A stretch of 64,000 bases of DNA, from assembly GCA_035765135.1 (NCBI GenBank), contig DASTYE010000118.1, forward strand, positions 13,477 through 77,476, in the 5' to 3' direction. Position 1 is the first letter of the stretch. Every line of letters begins with the position of its first letter. The stretch is from Gemmatimonadaceae bacterium (GTDB taxonomy: Bacteria > Gemmatimonadota > Gemmatimonadetes > Gemmatimonadales > Gemmatimonadaceae). Below are positions 10,365-19,164 of this stretch, piece by piece. The position numbers and the translations under genes were made by a program. The notes under the pieces were generated by a model that did no database searches, was not told where the DNA came from, and worked only from the letters and a program-made list of their open reading frames with translations.

Positions 10365-10781
10365 CTACTGTACGGTGACCGACGCTGACATCGCGCTTCG
10401 CCCGTGTGCGGTGCAGTAATAGGTGTAGGTGCCTGCATTAGCGAACGTGCGCGCGAATGTACCCTGATTCTGCGCCGAGGCGCTCGGGCCTCCATCGTCG
10501 AAGGTCACGGTATGGAACGCGCACACCTGACCGCCGTATCCATCGCCGCTGCAGCTGTCCCACTGCCAGGTGACCGTGCCACCCTTTGCGATCGACACCT
10601 GATCGGGCGTGTAGGTGTTGTTGCTGACGATGATAGTGTTAGCGGCGCCGGCCCCGCCACCGCCACCACCGCCACCACCGCCAGCGCCGGCCGCCGGCTG
10701 CGGCTCGGTGCCGCCTGACGAGCCACAGGAGGCCACGAAGCACGCCGCGAACAGGACCAGCACCGCACGATGTTGACGCAT
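10365..10781 (-). CDS. cupredoxin-like (plastocyanin/azurin-type) copper-binding lipoprotein
   Basis: ATG at 10781 preceded by GGAGGG. Signal MRQHRAVLVLFAACFVASC. Poly-Gly linker. C-terminal YYCTAHGRSAM matches the C-x2-H-x(n)-M type-1 copper ligand pattern. Confidence 0.6.
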   Translation of the reverse strand: MRQHRAVLVLFAACFVASCGSSGGTEPQPAAGAGGGGGGGGGGAGAANTIIVSNNTYTPDQVSIAKGGTVTWQWDSCSGDGYGGQVCAFHTVTFDDGGPSASAQNQGTFARTFANAGTYTYYCTAHGRSAMSASVTVQ

Positions 10782-10926
10782 CGTCCCTCCTTTGCCCGGA
10801 TCATCGGCGCGCGGGTCGTGCAAATGCGTGCGCCGCCTGACACGAGGTTAGGGGCCGATGTCGCGAGGCTCCAGCGACTGTCGGGGAACCGTGTCTGACC
10901 GCGGGCGAGCGGCCGCCCTAGCGCGG

Positions 10927-11607
10927 TCAGCGCGGCACGGCTTCGAGCAGGGAAGCCGGAGCGCCGCGCAGCTCGAGGCCGAACACCTCGGCGAACGCCG
11001 ACCCTGACAGCGCCGCCATGTCGGCGATCGTCACCTCGCGCCCCGTCTCCCGCGCCACGGAGGTCATCTGCACCTGTGGGATGCCACAGGGGACAATCAG
11101 GTCGAAGAACGACAGGTCGGTGAGCACGTTCAGCGCGAAGCCGTGCCATGTCACCCAATCGCGTGCATGCACGCCTATCGACGCGATTTTCCTGCCCCGT
11201 GTCCATACGCCGGTATACCCGGCATGGCGCTCCGCCTCGATCCCGACGTTCGCGAGGGCGACGATCAGCGCTTCCTCAACCTGACGGAGATACCAGTGCA
11301 GGTCACGACGATGGCGCTTCAAATCGAAGATCGGATACCCCACGAGCTGGCCCGGCCCGTGAAAGGTGACGTCGCCGCCGCGCTCGACCTCGTGAACCTC
11401 GACACCCCGCGCGCGGAGTGCGTCGGGCGACGACACGACATTCGATGCCTTCGCCGTGCGCCCGAGCGTGACGACCGGCGGATGCTCGAGCAGCAACAGG
11501 ATGTCCTCCTCGACCTCCCCCGCGATACGCCGGCGGGCGAGATCGCGCTGAAGCTCCAGGGCCTCCAGGTATGGGACCGTTCCGAGGTGAGCCGTCAGTA
11601 GCAGCAT
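10927..11607 (-). CDS. lipB: lipoyl(octanoyl) transferase
   Basis: MLLLTAHLGTVPYLEALELQRDL...LLLLEHPPVVTLGR...RGGDVTFHGPGQLVGYPI...GVHARDWVTWHGFALNV are classic LipB motifs. Confidence 0.85.
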   Translation of the reverse strand: MLLLTAHLGTVPYLEALELQRDLARRRIAGEVEEDILLLLEHPPVVTLGRTAKASNVVSSPDALRARGVEVHEVERGGDVTFHGPGQLVGYPIFDLKRHRRDLHWYLRQVEEALIVALANVGIEAERHAGYTGVWTRGRKIASIGVHARDWVTWHGFALNVLTDLSFFDLIVPCGIPQVQMTSVARETGREVTIADMAALSGSAFAEVFGLELRGAPASLLEAVPR

Positions 11608-11636
11608 CGCAGCAGCTCCTACAACACGGCAAAGAC

Positions 11637-11711
11637 GACAGAATTCAGAATACAGAATTCAGATGTCAGAGGTGGGGCCTGAATTCTGAATTCTGTATTC
11701 TGAACTCTGTC
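11637..11711. repeat. tandem-repeat palindrome A (7-nt period)
   Basis: Left arm GAATTCA GAATACA GAATTCA G. 16-nt spacer. Right arm CTGAATT CTGAATT CTGTATT CTGAACT CTGTC. Outer GACAG/CTGTC closes the stem. Lies between the lpd stop and the lipB start. Confidence 0.85.
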
Positions 11712-11734
11712 CTCTCTGCCGTTCCCAACGGAAA

Positions 11735-13138
11735 TCATACGTGGATGACGCGCCCCAGCGAGTCGAGTGCCGCCTCCGCCACTGCCTCGGAGAGCGTGGG
11801 GTGGGCGTGCACCGCCAGATCGATCTCCTCGACCGTGTACTCGTTCTCGCGCGCCACCGCCAATTCGTGGATGAGCTCGGTGGCGTGCGGGCCGATGATG
11901 TGCGCACCCAGAATCTCACCGTACTTGGCGTCGCGGATGATCTTCACGAAACCATCGGTCTCGCCGCTGGTGCGGGCGCGCCCGTTGGCTGAGAAGGGGA
12001 ATTTCCCCACCTTGTACTCGAGCTTCTTGTCCTTGCACTGCTGCTCGGTGAGGCCGATCGACGCTACCTCCGGATGGCAGTACGTGGCGTTCGGGATGTT
12101 CCCGTAGTTCACCGGATGCGCGTGCTTGCCCGCCAGCTGCTCGGCGAGGGTAATGCCCTCGCGCGAGCCCTTGTGCGCGAGCATTGGCGGGCCGGCGACA
12201 TCACCGATGGCGAAGATGGTCTTCGCGCTCGTGCGAAACTGCTCGTCGATCTTGATGAACCCCCGCTCGTTGAGCTGGACTCCCGCTTCCTTGAGGCCGA
12301 TGTCCTCGACGACCGGCGCGCGGCCGGCGGCGACGAGCACGACGTCGACCTTGAGGTCGGTCTTCGCGCCGCCCGACTCGACCGACATCGACACCGAGTC
12401 CTTGGCCACCTTCACGTTCCCGATCTTGGCGCCGGCGATCACGTTGATGCCGCGCTTCTTGAACGCGCGCCCCAACGTCGCCGACACTTCGGCGTCCTCC
12501 AGCGGGAGGATGGTCGGCAGCACCTCGAGGAGCGTCACCTCGGTGCCGAAGGCGTTGAAGACATCGGCCAGCTCGCACCCGACGGCACCTGCGCCGATCA
12601 CCGCCATCGACTTCGGCGCCTTCTCGAGCAGCAACGCGTCGTCCGACGAGATCACCGTCTTCTTGTTGAGCTCGAGGCCGATCTGCGGCAGTCCCTTCAC
12701 GCGTGACCCGGTCGCGATCACGACCGCTTTCTTCGCGTCGTGCTTTTCCTCCTTGCCCTCGGCCGTCTTGAGGACGACGGAGCTCCCGCCGCCGAGGCGC
12801 GCGGTTCCCTTCGTCCACGTGATCTTGTTTTTCTTGAAGAGGAACTCGACGCCCTTCACGTTCTGATCGCTCACGGCGCGCGAGCGCTTCATCGCCACGC
12901 CGTAGTCGAACGATACCTCGCCCACGGTGACGCCAAACTCCTTCGCGTGGCGAACGTGATTGGCGAGCGCCGCCGATTCGAGCATCGCTTTCGCGGGAAT
13001 GCACCCGATCACGACGCAGGTGCCGCCGAGCTTTTCCTTCTCGAACACGGCGACACTGAGCCCGAGCTGGGCGCATCGGATGGCGCCCACGTACCCCGCG
13101 GGCCCACCGCCGATGAAGATTACGTCGAACGAAGCCAT
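11735..13138 (-). CDS. lpdA: dihydrolipoyl dehydrogenase (E3)
   Basis: FDVIFIGGGPAGY FAD motif, redox-active GGTCVVIGCIPAK, NAD motif AVIGAGAVGCE and C-terminal HAHPTLSE. Confidence 0.9.
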   Translation of the reverse strand: MASFDVIFIGGGPAGYVGAIRCAQLGLSVAVFEKEKLGGTCVVIGCIPAKAMLESAALANHVRHAKEFGVTVGEVSFDYGVAMKRSRAVSDQNVKGVEFLFKKNKITWTKGTARLGGGSSVVLKTAEGKEEKHDAKKAVVIATGSRVKGLPQIGLELNKKTVISSDDALLLEKAPKSMAVIGAGAVGCELADVFNAFGTEVTLLEVLPTILPLEDAEVSATLGRAFKKRGINVIAGAKIGNVKVAKDSVSMSVESGGAKTDLKVDVVLVAAGRAPVVEDIGLKEAGVQLNERGFIKIDEQFRTSAKTIFAIGDVAGPPMLAHKGSREGITLAEQLAGKHAHPVNYGNIPNATYCHPEVASIGLTEQQCKDKKLEYKVGKFPFSANGRARTSGETDGFVKIIRDAKYGEILGAHIIGPHATELIHELAVARENEYTVEEIDLAVHAHPTLSEAVAEAALDSLGRVIHV

Positions 13139-13163
13139 GGGTTGGTCTCTGAAAGCGAAGTCA

Positions 13164-13254
13164 GAACGAGGAACGAGGACAAAGGACCGAGGAATTCATT
13201 TCGAGGAGAGCTCGTTCAATCGAATTCCTCGGTCCTTCGTCCTCGTTCTTCGTT
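13164..13254. repeat. tandem-repeat palindrome B (7-nt period)
   Basis: Left arm GAACGAG GAACGAG GACAAAG GACCGAG GAATTC. 24-nt spacer. Right arm GAATTC CTCGGTC CTTCGTC CTCGTTC TTCGTT. The arms are near-perfect complements. Lies between the E2 stop and the lpd start. Confidence 0.9.
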
Positions 13255-13258
13255 GGGG

Positions 13259-14629
13259 TTAGTAAACCAGCATCAGCGGATTCTCGAGCATCCTCCGCAG
13301 CGTCTGGAGGAAGCGCGCGCCGGTGGCGCCGTCGATCACGCGGTGGTCGCAGCTCATCGTGACGCGCATGCGCTGGCGGGTGACGAGCTCACCGTTGATA
13401 TCAACCGGCTTCCGTTCCACCGCACCGATCGCGAGGATCCCCGCTTCCGGCGGGTTGATGATCGCGGTGAAATGCTCGATGCCGAACATCCCGAGGTTCG
13501 ACACGGAGAAGGTGGCGCCCATGTACTCTTCCGGCTTGAGACGCCGCTCGCGGGCACGCTTGGCGAGCTCCCGTGCCTCACGAGAGATCTCGCTCATCCG
13601 CTTGCGATCGGCGTCGAATACCACCGGAGTGATGAGGCCGTCTTCCACGGCCACCGCCATGCCCAGGTGAACGCGGTTGAATTGCCGAATCCGGTCGCCG
13701 AGCCAGTGCGCGTTGACTTCAGGGTGCAGCGAGAGCGCCGTGGCGACCGCCTTCATCACGATGTCGTTCACCGACACCTTGAACTCGTCGCCCATCTCGG
13801 TCATCGCGGTTCGCATCTCGACCACGCGCTCCATGTCGAGCTCGCTGGTGAGATAGAACGTCGGAACCGGTCCGATCGACTCGGCGAGCCGCCGCGCGAT
13901 CGTCTTGCGCATCTGCGTGAGCGGAATATCGGCGAAGTCGCCCTCGCGGGCGGGTGCCGGCGCGGCTGCTGCTGCCGCTCGCGGCTGCGCTGCGGCGCCC
14001 GCCGCCGCGGCTTCGATATCTCGCTTGACGATGCGCCCGCCCGGCCCCGACCCACGGACGCCGTCGAGGTTGAGACCACGCTCGTGCGCGAGCCGGCGTG
14101 CGAGCGGGGAGCTCCGCATCCGCCCCTCGCCGTTTCCACCCTCACGAGCCTGCTCCGTCGGCGGCTCGGGGCTCGGGGGAGCCGCCGCCTTCGGAGCCGC
14201 GCTTCCTACTCGATAGGCGGGCACCTTCTGCTGAGGTGGCGTCGAGGCTTCGCCCTGCGCCTGCTCCGGCGCGCGGGGCACCGGGGACGCGCCCGTGGTT
14301 TCCCCTGTCTTGGCGACGACTTCCTCCGCCGGCTTGGCCTCCTTTGCGGGCGGTGCACCGCCTCCGCCGACGAGCGCGTCGATGTTCTCGTCAGGCGCGG
14401 CGATCACCGCGACGAGCTGGCCGATCGGTGCTGTCTCGCCTTCCCCGAGCAGGCGCTTGCGCAGCACGCCCTCACCGCGGGCGACGAGCTCCATCACGGC
14501 CTTGTCCGTCTCCACCTCGGCGAGCGTCTCACCCGAGGAGATCTTGTCGCCTTCGTTCTTCAGCCATTTGACGAGGCGTCCCTCCTCCATCGTTGGAGAG
14601 AGCGCTTCCATCACGACCTTGGTTGCCAT
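13259..14629 (-). CDS. pdhC: dihydrolipoamide acetyltransferase (E2) of the pyruvate dehydrogenase complex
   Basis: Lipoyl domain ETDKAVMEL, Ala/Pro linkers, E3-binding domain SPLARRLAHERGLNLDGVRGSGPGGRIV and catalytic SCDHRVIDGA. Confidence 0.85.
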   Translation of the reverse strand: MATKVVMEALSPTMEEGRLVKWLKNEGDKISSGETLAEVETDKAVMELVARGEGVLRKRLLGEGETAPIGQLVAVIAAPDENIDALVGGGGAPPAKEAKPAEEVVAKTGETTGASPVPRAPEQAQGEASTPPQQKVPAYRVGSAAPKAAAPPSPEPPTEQAREGGNGEGRMRSSPLARRLAHERGLNLDGVRGSGPGGRIVKRDIEAAAAGAAAQPRAAAAAAPAPAREGDFADIPLTQMRKTIARRLAESIGPVPTFYLTSELDMERVVEMRTAMTEMGDEFKVSVNDIVMKAVATALSLHPEVNAHWLGDRIRQFNRVHLGMAVAVEDGLITPVVFDADRKRMSEISREARELAKRARERRLKPEEYMGATFSVSNLGMFGIEHFTAIINPPEAGILAIGAVERKPVDINGELVTRQRMRVTMSCDHRVIDGATGARFLQTLRRMLENPLMLVY

Positions 14630-14646
14630 CGCCCGTTAGGTAGAGT

Positions 14647-14738
14647 GAATGAGGAACGAGGACGAAGGACCGAGGAATCTGATCGGCAGGATGGCCACCC
14701 GATGGAATTCCTCGGTCCTCAATGCTCGTTCCGCGTTC
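14647..14738. repeat. tandem-repeat palindrome C (7-nt period, paralogue of B)
   Basis: Left arm GAATGAG GAACGAG GACGAAG GACCGAG GAAT. Right arm GAATTC CTCGGTC CTCAATG CTCGTTC CGCGTTC. Shares GAGGAACGAGGAC(A/G)AAGGACCGAGGAAT and GAATTCCTCGGTCCT with B. Lies between the pdhB stop and the E2 start. Confidence 0.85.
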
Positions 14739-14745
14739 GTGAAAA

Positions 14746-15732
14746 TCACTGTTCCAGGTAGAGAACCTTTTTCGCCGCCGCCACCGTCTTCTTCGCGTCG
14801 GGCTTGGCCGCGCGCTCGAGGTTCTTGGCGTACGGCATTGGCACCTCCTCCTGATGCACGCGGAGGACCGGCGCGTCGAGATCGTCAAAGCACTCACGCT
14901 GTATGAAGTCGGCGACATGCGCTCCGACGCCCGCGACCGCCCATCCTTCCTCGAGGACCACGGCACGATTGGTCTTCACCACCGAGGTCGCGATCGCTTC
15001 CACATCCATTGGACGGATCGTACGCAGGTCCACGATTTCCGCGGAAATGTTCTCCTTCGCCAGCTGCTCGGCCGCCTGCTGGGCGACGAGGACCATCTTC
15101 CCGTAGGCGATCAACGAGACGTCCGATCCCTCGCGCTTCACCTCGGCCTTCCCGATGGGAACGATCACTTCCTCGTTCTCCGGAACCTCACCTTTCGTGT
15201 TGTACAGCATCTCGCCTTCGAGCACGATCACCGGATTGTCATCGCGTACCGCGCTCTTCAGCAGGCCCTTGGCGTCGTACGGAGTGCCAGGCGCCACGAC
15301 CTTGAGCCCCGGGATGTGCGAGAGCCATGACTCCCACGCCTGCGAATGCTGCGCCGAGAGCTGCAGTGCCGCCCCGTTCGGTCCGCGGAACACCATCGCC
15401 ATCGGGTACTGCCCGCCGGACATGTAGAGCATCTTCGCCGCCGAATTTATGACCTGGTCCAGGGCGAGCAGTGCGAAGTTCCACGTCATGAACTCGATGA
15501 TCGGCCGCAGCCCCACCATGGCCGCGCCCACACCGACGCCCGCGAATCCGAGCTCGGTGATCGGCGTGTCCACGATGCGCATCTCGCCGAACTCCTGGAG
15601 CATTCCCTTCGAGACCTTGTACGCGCCCTGGTAGACGCCGACCTCCTCGCCCATGAGGAAGACACGGTCATCGCGCTGCATCTCCTCGCGGAGAGCCTGG
15701 TTCAAAGCGTCGCGGTAAGTGATGACTGGCAT
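14746..15732 (-). CDS. pdhB: pyruvate dehydrogenase E1 beta subunit
   Basis: MPVITYRDALNQALREEMQRDDRVFLMGEEVGVYQGAYKVSKGMLQEFG is typical of heterotetrameric E1 beta. Sits adjacent to E1 alpha and E2. Confidence 0.85.
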   Translation of the reverse strand: MPVITYRDALNQALREEMQRDDRVFLMGEEVGVYQGAYKVSKGMLQEFGEMRIVDTPITELGFAGVGVGAAMVGLRPIIEFMTWNFALLALDQVINSAAKMLYMSGGQYPMAMVFRGPNGAALQLSAQHSQAWESWLSHIPGLKVVAPGTPYDAKGLLKSAVRDDNPVIVLEGEMLYNTKGEVPENEEVIVPIGKAEVKREGSDVSLIAYGKMVLVAQQAAEQLAKENISAEIVDLRTIRPMDVEAIATSVVKTNRAVVLEEGWAVAGVGAHVADFIQRECFDDLDAPVLRVHQEEVPMPYAKNLERAAKPDAKKTVAAAKKVLYLEQ

Positions 15733-15741
15733 CGTCGTCCC

Positions 15742-16776
15742 TCAGGACACGGTATCGACGAGAACGTCCTCGTACAGCGCTTCGAGCGGTGGCTCGGGGC
15801 TCGCGTCGGCGAAGTCCCAGGCGTCCTGCACTACCGCCTTGATCTCCTCGTCCAGCTTCGACATGTCGCCGTCGGTCCACCCATCCTCCTTCTCCATCGT
15901 GGTGCGGAGCACCACGATCGGGTCGCGCTTCATGTGCTCCTCGAGCTCCTCCTTCGTGCGGTACGTACCGCTCACCGCGTCGGACATCGAGTGGCCCATG
16001 AAGCGATAGGTCCGCACCTCGAGGAGGCTGGGGATCGATTCGCTCCGCGCACGTTGCAGCGCCCGCATCGTCGCCGCGCGCACCGCCACCACGTCCTGCC
16101 CGTCCACGACCTCACTCGGCATGTCGTACGAGCACGCACGCTCCGCGATGTCGTTGATCGCCGACGCGCGCTCGAGCGCCGTCCCCATTCCATAGCGGTT
16201 GTTCTCGATCAGGTAGATCACCGGGAGCTTCCAGAGCGCGGCCATGTTCAGCGCTTCGTGAAACGCGCCGTTGTTGACGGCCGCCTCCCCGAAGAAGCAC
16301 ACGCAAACCTGATCGCCCCCCCGATACTTGATCGCGAAGCCGACACCGGTCGCGATGGGAAGGTGCCCGCCGACGATTCCGTGACCGCCGAGGAAGTTCA
16401 CGTTGCGATCGAAGAGATGCATCGAGCCGCCCTTGCCTTTCGAGCAACCGTCGACGCGACCAAAGAGCTCCGCCATGACTGAGCGCGCGGAGATCCCACG
16501 GGCGAGCGCCTGCCCGTGCTCGCGATAGCTCGTGATCACGTAGTCGTCGTCGCGCAACGTCGAGATCGCGCCGACGCCGACACCCTCCTGCCCGATGTAC
16601 AAGTGGCAGAACCCGCCGATCTTCCCGATCGCGTACGCCTCGGCGCACCGCTCCTCGAAGCGGCGAATCAGGAGCATTTCGCGGAGCAGGTCGCGACGCA
16701 GCGCGGCATCACCGCGCGCGGCGGCATCGATGGAGCCCGCGGCTCCGTTGTGATCGACGGTCTTCTTCTGTGCCAT
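15742..16776 (-). CDS. pdhA: pyruvate dehydrogenase E1 alpha subunit (TPP-dependent)
   Basis: GFCHLYIGQEGVGVG, the TPP-binding region GDQVCVCFFGEAAVNNGAFHEALNMAALWKLPVIYLIENNRYGMGT, and YRFMGHSMSD. The ORF is open to 16860, and the ATG at 16776 (MAQKKT) is preferred. Confidence 0.85.
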   Translation of the reverse strand: MAQKKTVDHNGAAGSIDAAARGDAALRRDLLREMLLIRRFEERCAEAYAIGKIGGFCHLYIGQEGVGVGAISTLRDDDYVITSYREHGQALARGISARSVMAELFGRVDGCSKGKGGSMHLFDRNVNFLGGHGIVGGHLPIATGVGFAIKYRGGDQVCVCFFGEAAVNNGAFHEALNMAALWKLPVIYLIENNRYGMGTALERASAINDIAERACSYDMPSEVVDGQDVVAVRAATMRALQRARSESIPSLLEVRTYRFMGHSMSDAVSGTYRTKEELEEHMKRDPIVVLRTTMEKEDGWTDGDMSKLDEEIKAVVQDAWDFADASPEPPLEALYEDVLVDTVS

Positions 16777-16856
16777 GTCGGTGGTGGAAGGATTCGCTGA
16801 TCCGGCGTCGCCTCCACCGCGAGCGGTGGGGCGCCGGCGCGAACGGCTGACGTCTC

Positions 16857-17774
16857 TCATGGGTTCACCAGGTTCGCGGCCTGAACCTGCTCCCAGGCGT
16901 GGTAGCTGGACCGGACGAGGGGCCCGGACTCGACGTGCTTGAATCCCATCGCGATGCCTTCTTCGCGAAGGTAGCGGAACTCGTCAGGCGTCACGTATCG
17001 ATCGAGCGGGAGGTGATCGGCCGACGGGCGCAGGTACTGGCCAAGAGTGAGGATGTCCACCTCCACCTCGCGCAGCTCGCGCATGGTGACGACAACCTCC
17101 TCGATGGTCTCGCCCATCCCGAGGATGATACCGGTTTTCGTCGGAATGTCGGGCGCGTACGACTTGGCGAAACGGAAGATCTTCATCACGCGCTCGTACC
17201 GCCCGCCCGGACGGCATCGCTTGTAGAGCCGCGGCACCGTCTCGGTGTTGTGGTTGTAGATCTCGGGACGCGCGTCGAGCACGAGGCTGATACTGTCTTC
17301 GTTCCCCTGGAAGTCGGGAACGAGGACCTCGACGGAGCAACCCGGGACGCGGTCGTGAATCTGCCGAATCGTCTCGGCGAAGATATACGCGCCAAAATCC
17401 GGCAGGTCATCTCGATCGACCGACGTGATGACCGCATGGCGGAGCTGCATCTCCGCGATCGCCTGGGCGACGCGTGACGGCTCCTCGATGTCGTATTTCG
17501 GCGGGCGGCCGTGCGCGACCGCGCAGTAGGCGCAGTTCCGCGTGCAGACGTCGCCGAGGATCATGAAAGTGGCGGTGCCGTGCTCCCAGCATTCGCCGAC
17601 GTTGGGGCAGTGGGCTTCCTCGCACACGGTGTGGAGGTCGAGGTCTCGCATCAGGTGCTTGAGGCGCCCGTAATTGGGCCCGCCGGGCGCGCGCACCTTG
17701 AGCCAGGAGGGTTTTCGCTCGGGGAGCGGGTCGGCCCGGCGCCGGCCTAGGATCTGGTAGAGGGTATCCGCCAA
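16857..17774 (-). CDS. lipA: lipoyl synthase (radical SAM)
   Basis: CEEAHCPNVGEC auxiliary cluster motif and the radical-SAM motif CTRNCAYCAV. The ORF is open to 17963, but that stretch runs into repeat D. The TTG at 17774 gives a LipA-like N-terminus (ADTLYQILGRR...RKPSWLKV). The start is uncertain. Confidence 0.8.
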   Translation of the reverse strand: MADTLYQILGRRRADPLPERKPSWLKVRAPGGPNYGRLKHLMRDLDLHTVCEEAHCPNVGECWEHGTATFMILGDVCTRNCAYCAVAHGRPPKYDIEEPSRVAQAIAEMQLRHAVITSVDRDDLPDFGAYIFAETIRQIHDRVPGCSVEVLVPDFQGNEDSISLVLDARPEIYNHNTETVPRLYKRCRPGGRYERVMKIFRFAKSYAPDIPTKTGIILGMGETIEEVVVTMRELREVEVDILTLGQYLRPSADHLPLDRYVTPDEFRYLREEGIAMGFKHVESGPLVRSSYHAWEQVQAANLVNP

Positions 17775-17945
17775 GAGTCGTCCCGGGGTCGCAGATGGTC
17801 GTCGTGCGGTCGATCGCGGGTCCTCGCGGCGAGCGCATTTTGCGTTCTCAGCCCGCGGTTCGGGGTAAGCTATCCTGTTGTGGCTCGCGTTGGTAGGACG
17901 TGGTAACCTTGTTGGCGTTACTTCGAAGGTTAGTCTCTGCGGCAA

Positions 17946-18053
17946 GGGGGTCGAGGGTGTCAAGGGTGTCGAGGGTGTCGAGGTGAATCGCTTTCACCTC
18001 GATCGCCTCGACACCCTTAATCCCTCGACACCCTTAATCCCTCGACACCCTTG
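17946..18053. repeat. tandem-repeat palindrome D (9-nt left arm, 17-nt right arm)
   Basis: Left arm GGGGTCGA GGGTGTCAA GGGTGTCGA GGGTGTCGA GGTGA. 8-nt loop. Right arm TCACC TCGATCGCC TCGACACCC TTAATCCC TCGACACCC TTAATCCC TCGACACCC. Overlaps the 3' end of the upstream oxidase gene. Confidence 0.85.
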
Positions 18054-19140
18054 GGCTCAGGGCCCACACACTCACGTCCAGAGACGCCGCGCCACGCGTG
18101 ATCAGCTCCGCGATCACCACTCCTGTAAGCGGCGCCAGCAGGATTCCGTTCCGCGAGTGGCCACAGGCGTAGAACAGCCCGGGGTGGTCGGGGTCCTCGC
18201 CAACGATCGGAAGGAGGTCCGGCGTAACCGGCCTCAGGCCAGACCATTGCGAGAGGACGCGATGCGATCCGAGCGAGGGTGAGATCTCGGCGGCGCATTG
18301 GCGGAGCTGTAGTACGGCGGCCTCCGTCGTCCCCGGATCGAATCCCACTCGCTCCATCGTGCTCCCGACGACAAGGCGGTCGTTTTGCGGTGCGATGTAG
18401 CCCCGTGGTCCCATCACGACATGGCGAAGGGGCCCCGGCTCGATCGCGAGCATCTGGCCGCGAAAAGGTGTGACGGGGAGGGGGCGCGGCAGGCCGGCGA
18501 TGCTGCTCGCCCATGCGCCTGCCGCGATGACCACGCTGCGCGCCTCCAGCTGTGTGCCGTCGGCAAGATCGAGCCGGATCGGCCGCGACGCGGGATGCAC
18601 TCGGACGACGTGTCCATCGATGCGCGGAGACACCCGGCGATCCCGCACCAAGTCGAGCTCGACGGCGCTCAGCAGCTCGCGAACGTCCACCATTCCGTCG
18701 CGCGAGTGAAGCAGTGCTCCGGCGGTGGGGGACAAAGTTGGCTCGAGGTCATGAACGGCCTCGTTCTCGAGCCACGGCGAATCGGGGCCAGCCAGCGGCC
18801 GCAGAGTCGCCGCATCCGCATCGGTGAAAGCGATCTCCAACAGCCCGCGATGCAGCGCGACGCGCCGTCCGGTTCGCTCGGCCAGGCCATCCAGGTAATC
18901 GGGATACAGCTCCCTGGCGGCGATCCCTAGCGCGCGCGCCGGGTCCGGCGTAACTCCAACCGACGGTGCGAGGAGCCCCGCGGCCGCAGGTGAGGCCGCC
19001 CCATCCTCCCTTGCTGACACGACCATGACACGTGCATTCTCGCGGGCGAGCGCCGTCGCACAACAGAGGCCCACCAGACCGGCGCCCACGATGATCACAT
19101 CTGGCTGAAACCGGGCAGCGGAGTCGCGCGTAATACTCAC
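18034..19140 (-). CDS. FAD-dependent oxidoreductase (glycine oxidase ThiO / D-amino-acid oxidase family)
   Basis: DVIIVGAGLVGLCCATALARENARVMVV dinucleotide fold and C-terminal GHSRNGILLAP, typical of the DAO family. The last about 6 codons and the stop lie inside repeat D. Confidence 0.6.
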   Translation of the reverse strand: MSITRDSAARFQPDVIIVGAGLVGLCCATALARENARVMVVSAREDGAASPAAAGLLAPSVGVTPDPARALGIAARELYPDYLDGLAERTGRRVALHRGLLEIAFTDADAATLRPLAGPDSPWLENEAVHDLEPTLSPTAGALLHSRDGMVDVRELLSAVELDLVRDRRVSPRIDGHVVRVHPASRPIRLDLADGTQLEARSVVIAAGAWASSIAGLPRPLPVTPFRGQMLAIEPGPLRHVVMGPRGYIAPQNDRLVVGSTMERVGFDPGTTEAAVLQLRQCAAEISPSLGSHRVLSQWSGLRPVTPDLLPIVGEDPDHPGLFYACGHSRNGILLAPLTGVVIAELITRGAASLDVSVWALSPRVSRD

Positions 19141-19164
19141 AGCAACCGCCAGGAGCTCAACCCG

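Noticed and set aside
12740-14761. 673-aa plus-strand ORF
   Set aside because: It is antisense to lpd and E2, both of which have unambiguous catalytic motifs on the minus strand.
17775-17963. Long N-terminus of the LipA ORF
   Set aside because: The first codons come from the left arm of palindrome D. The stretch has no similarity to LipA N-termini, so an internal TTG at 17774 was preferred. The exact start remains uncertain.
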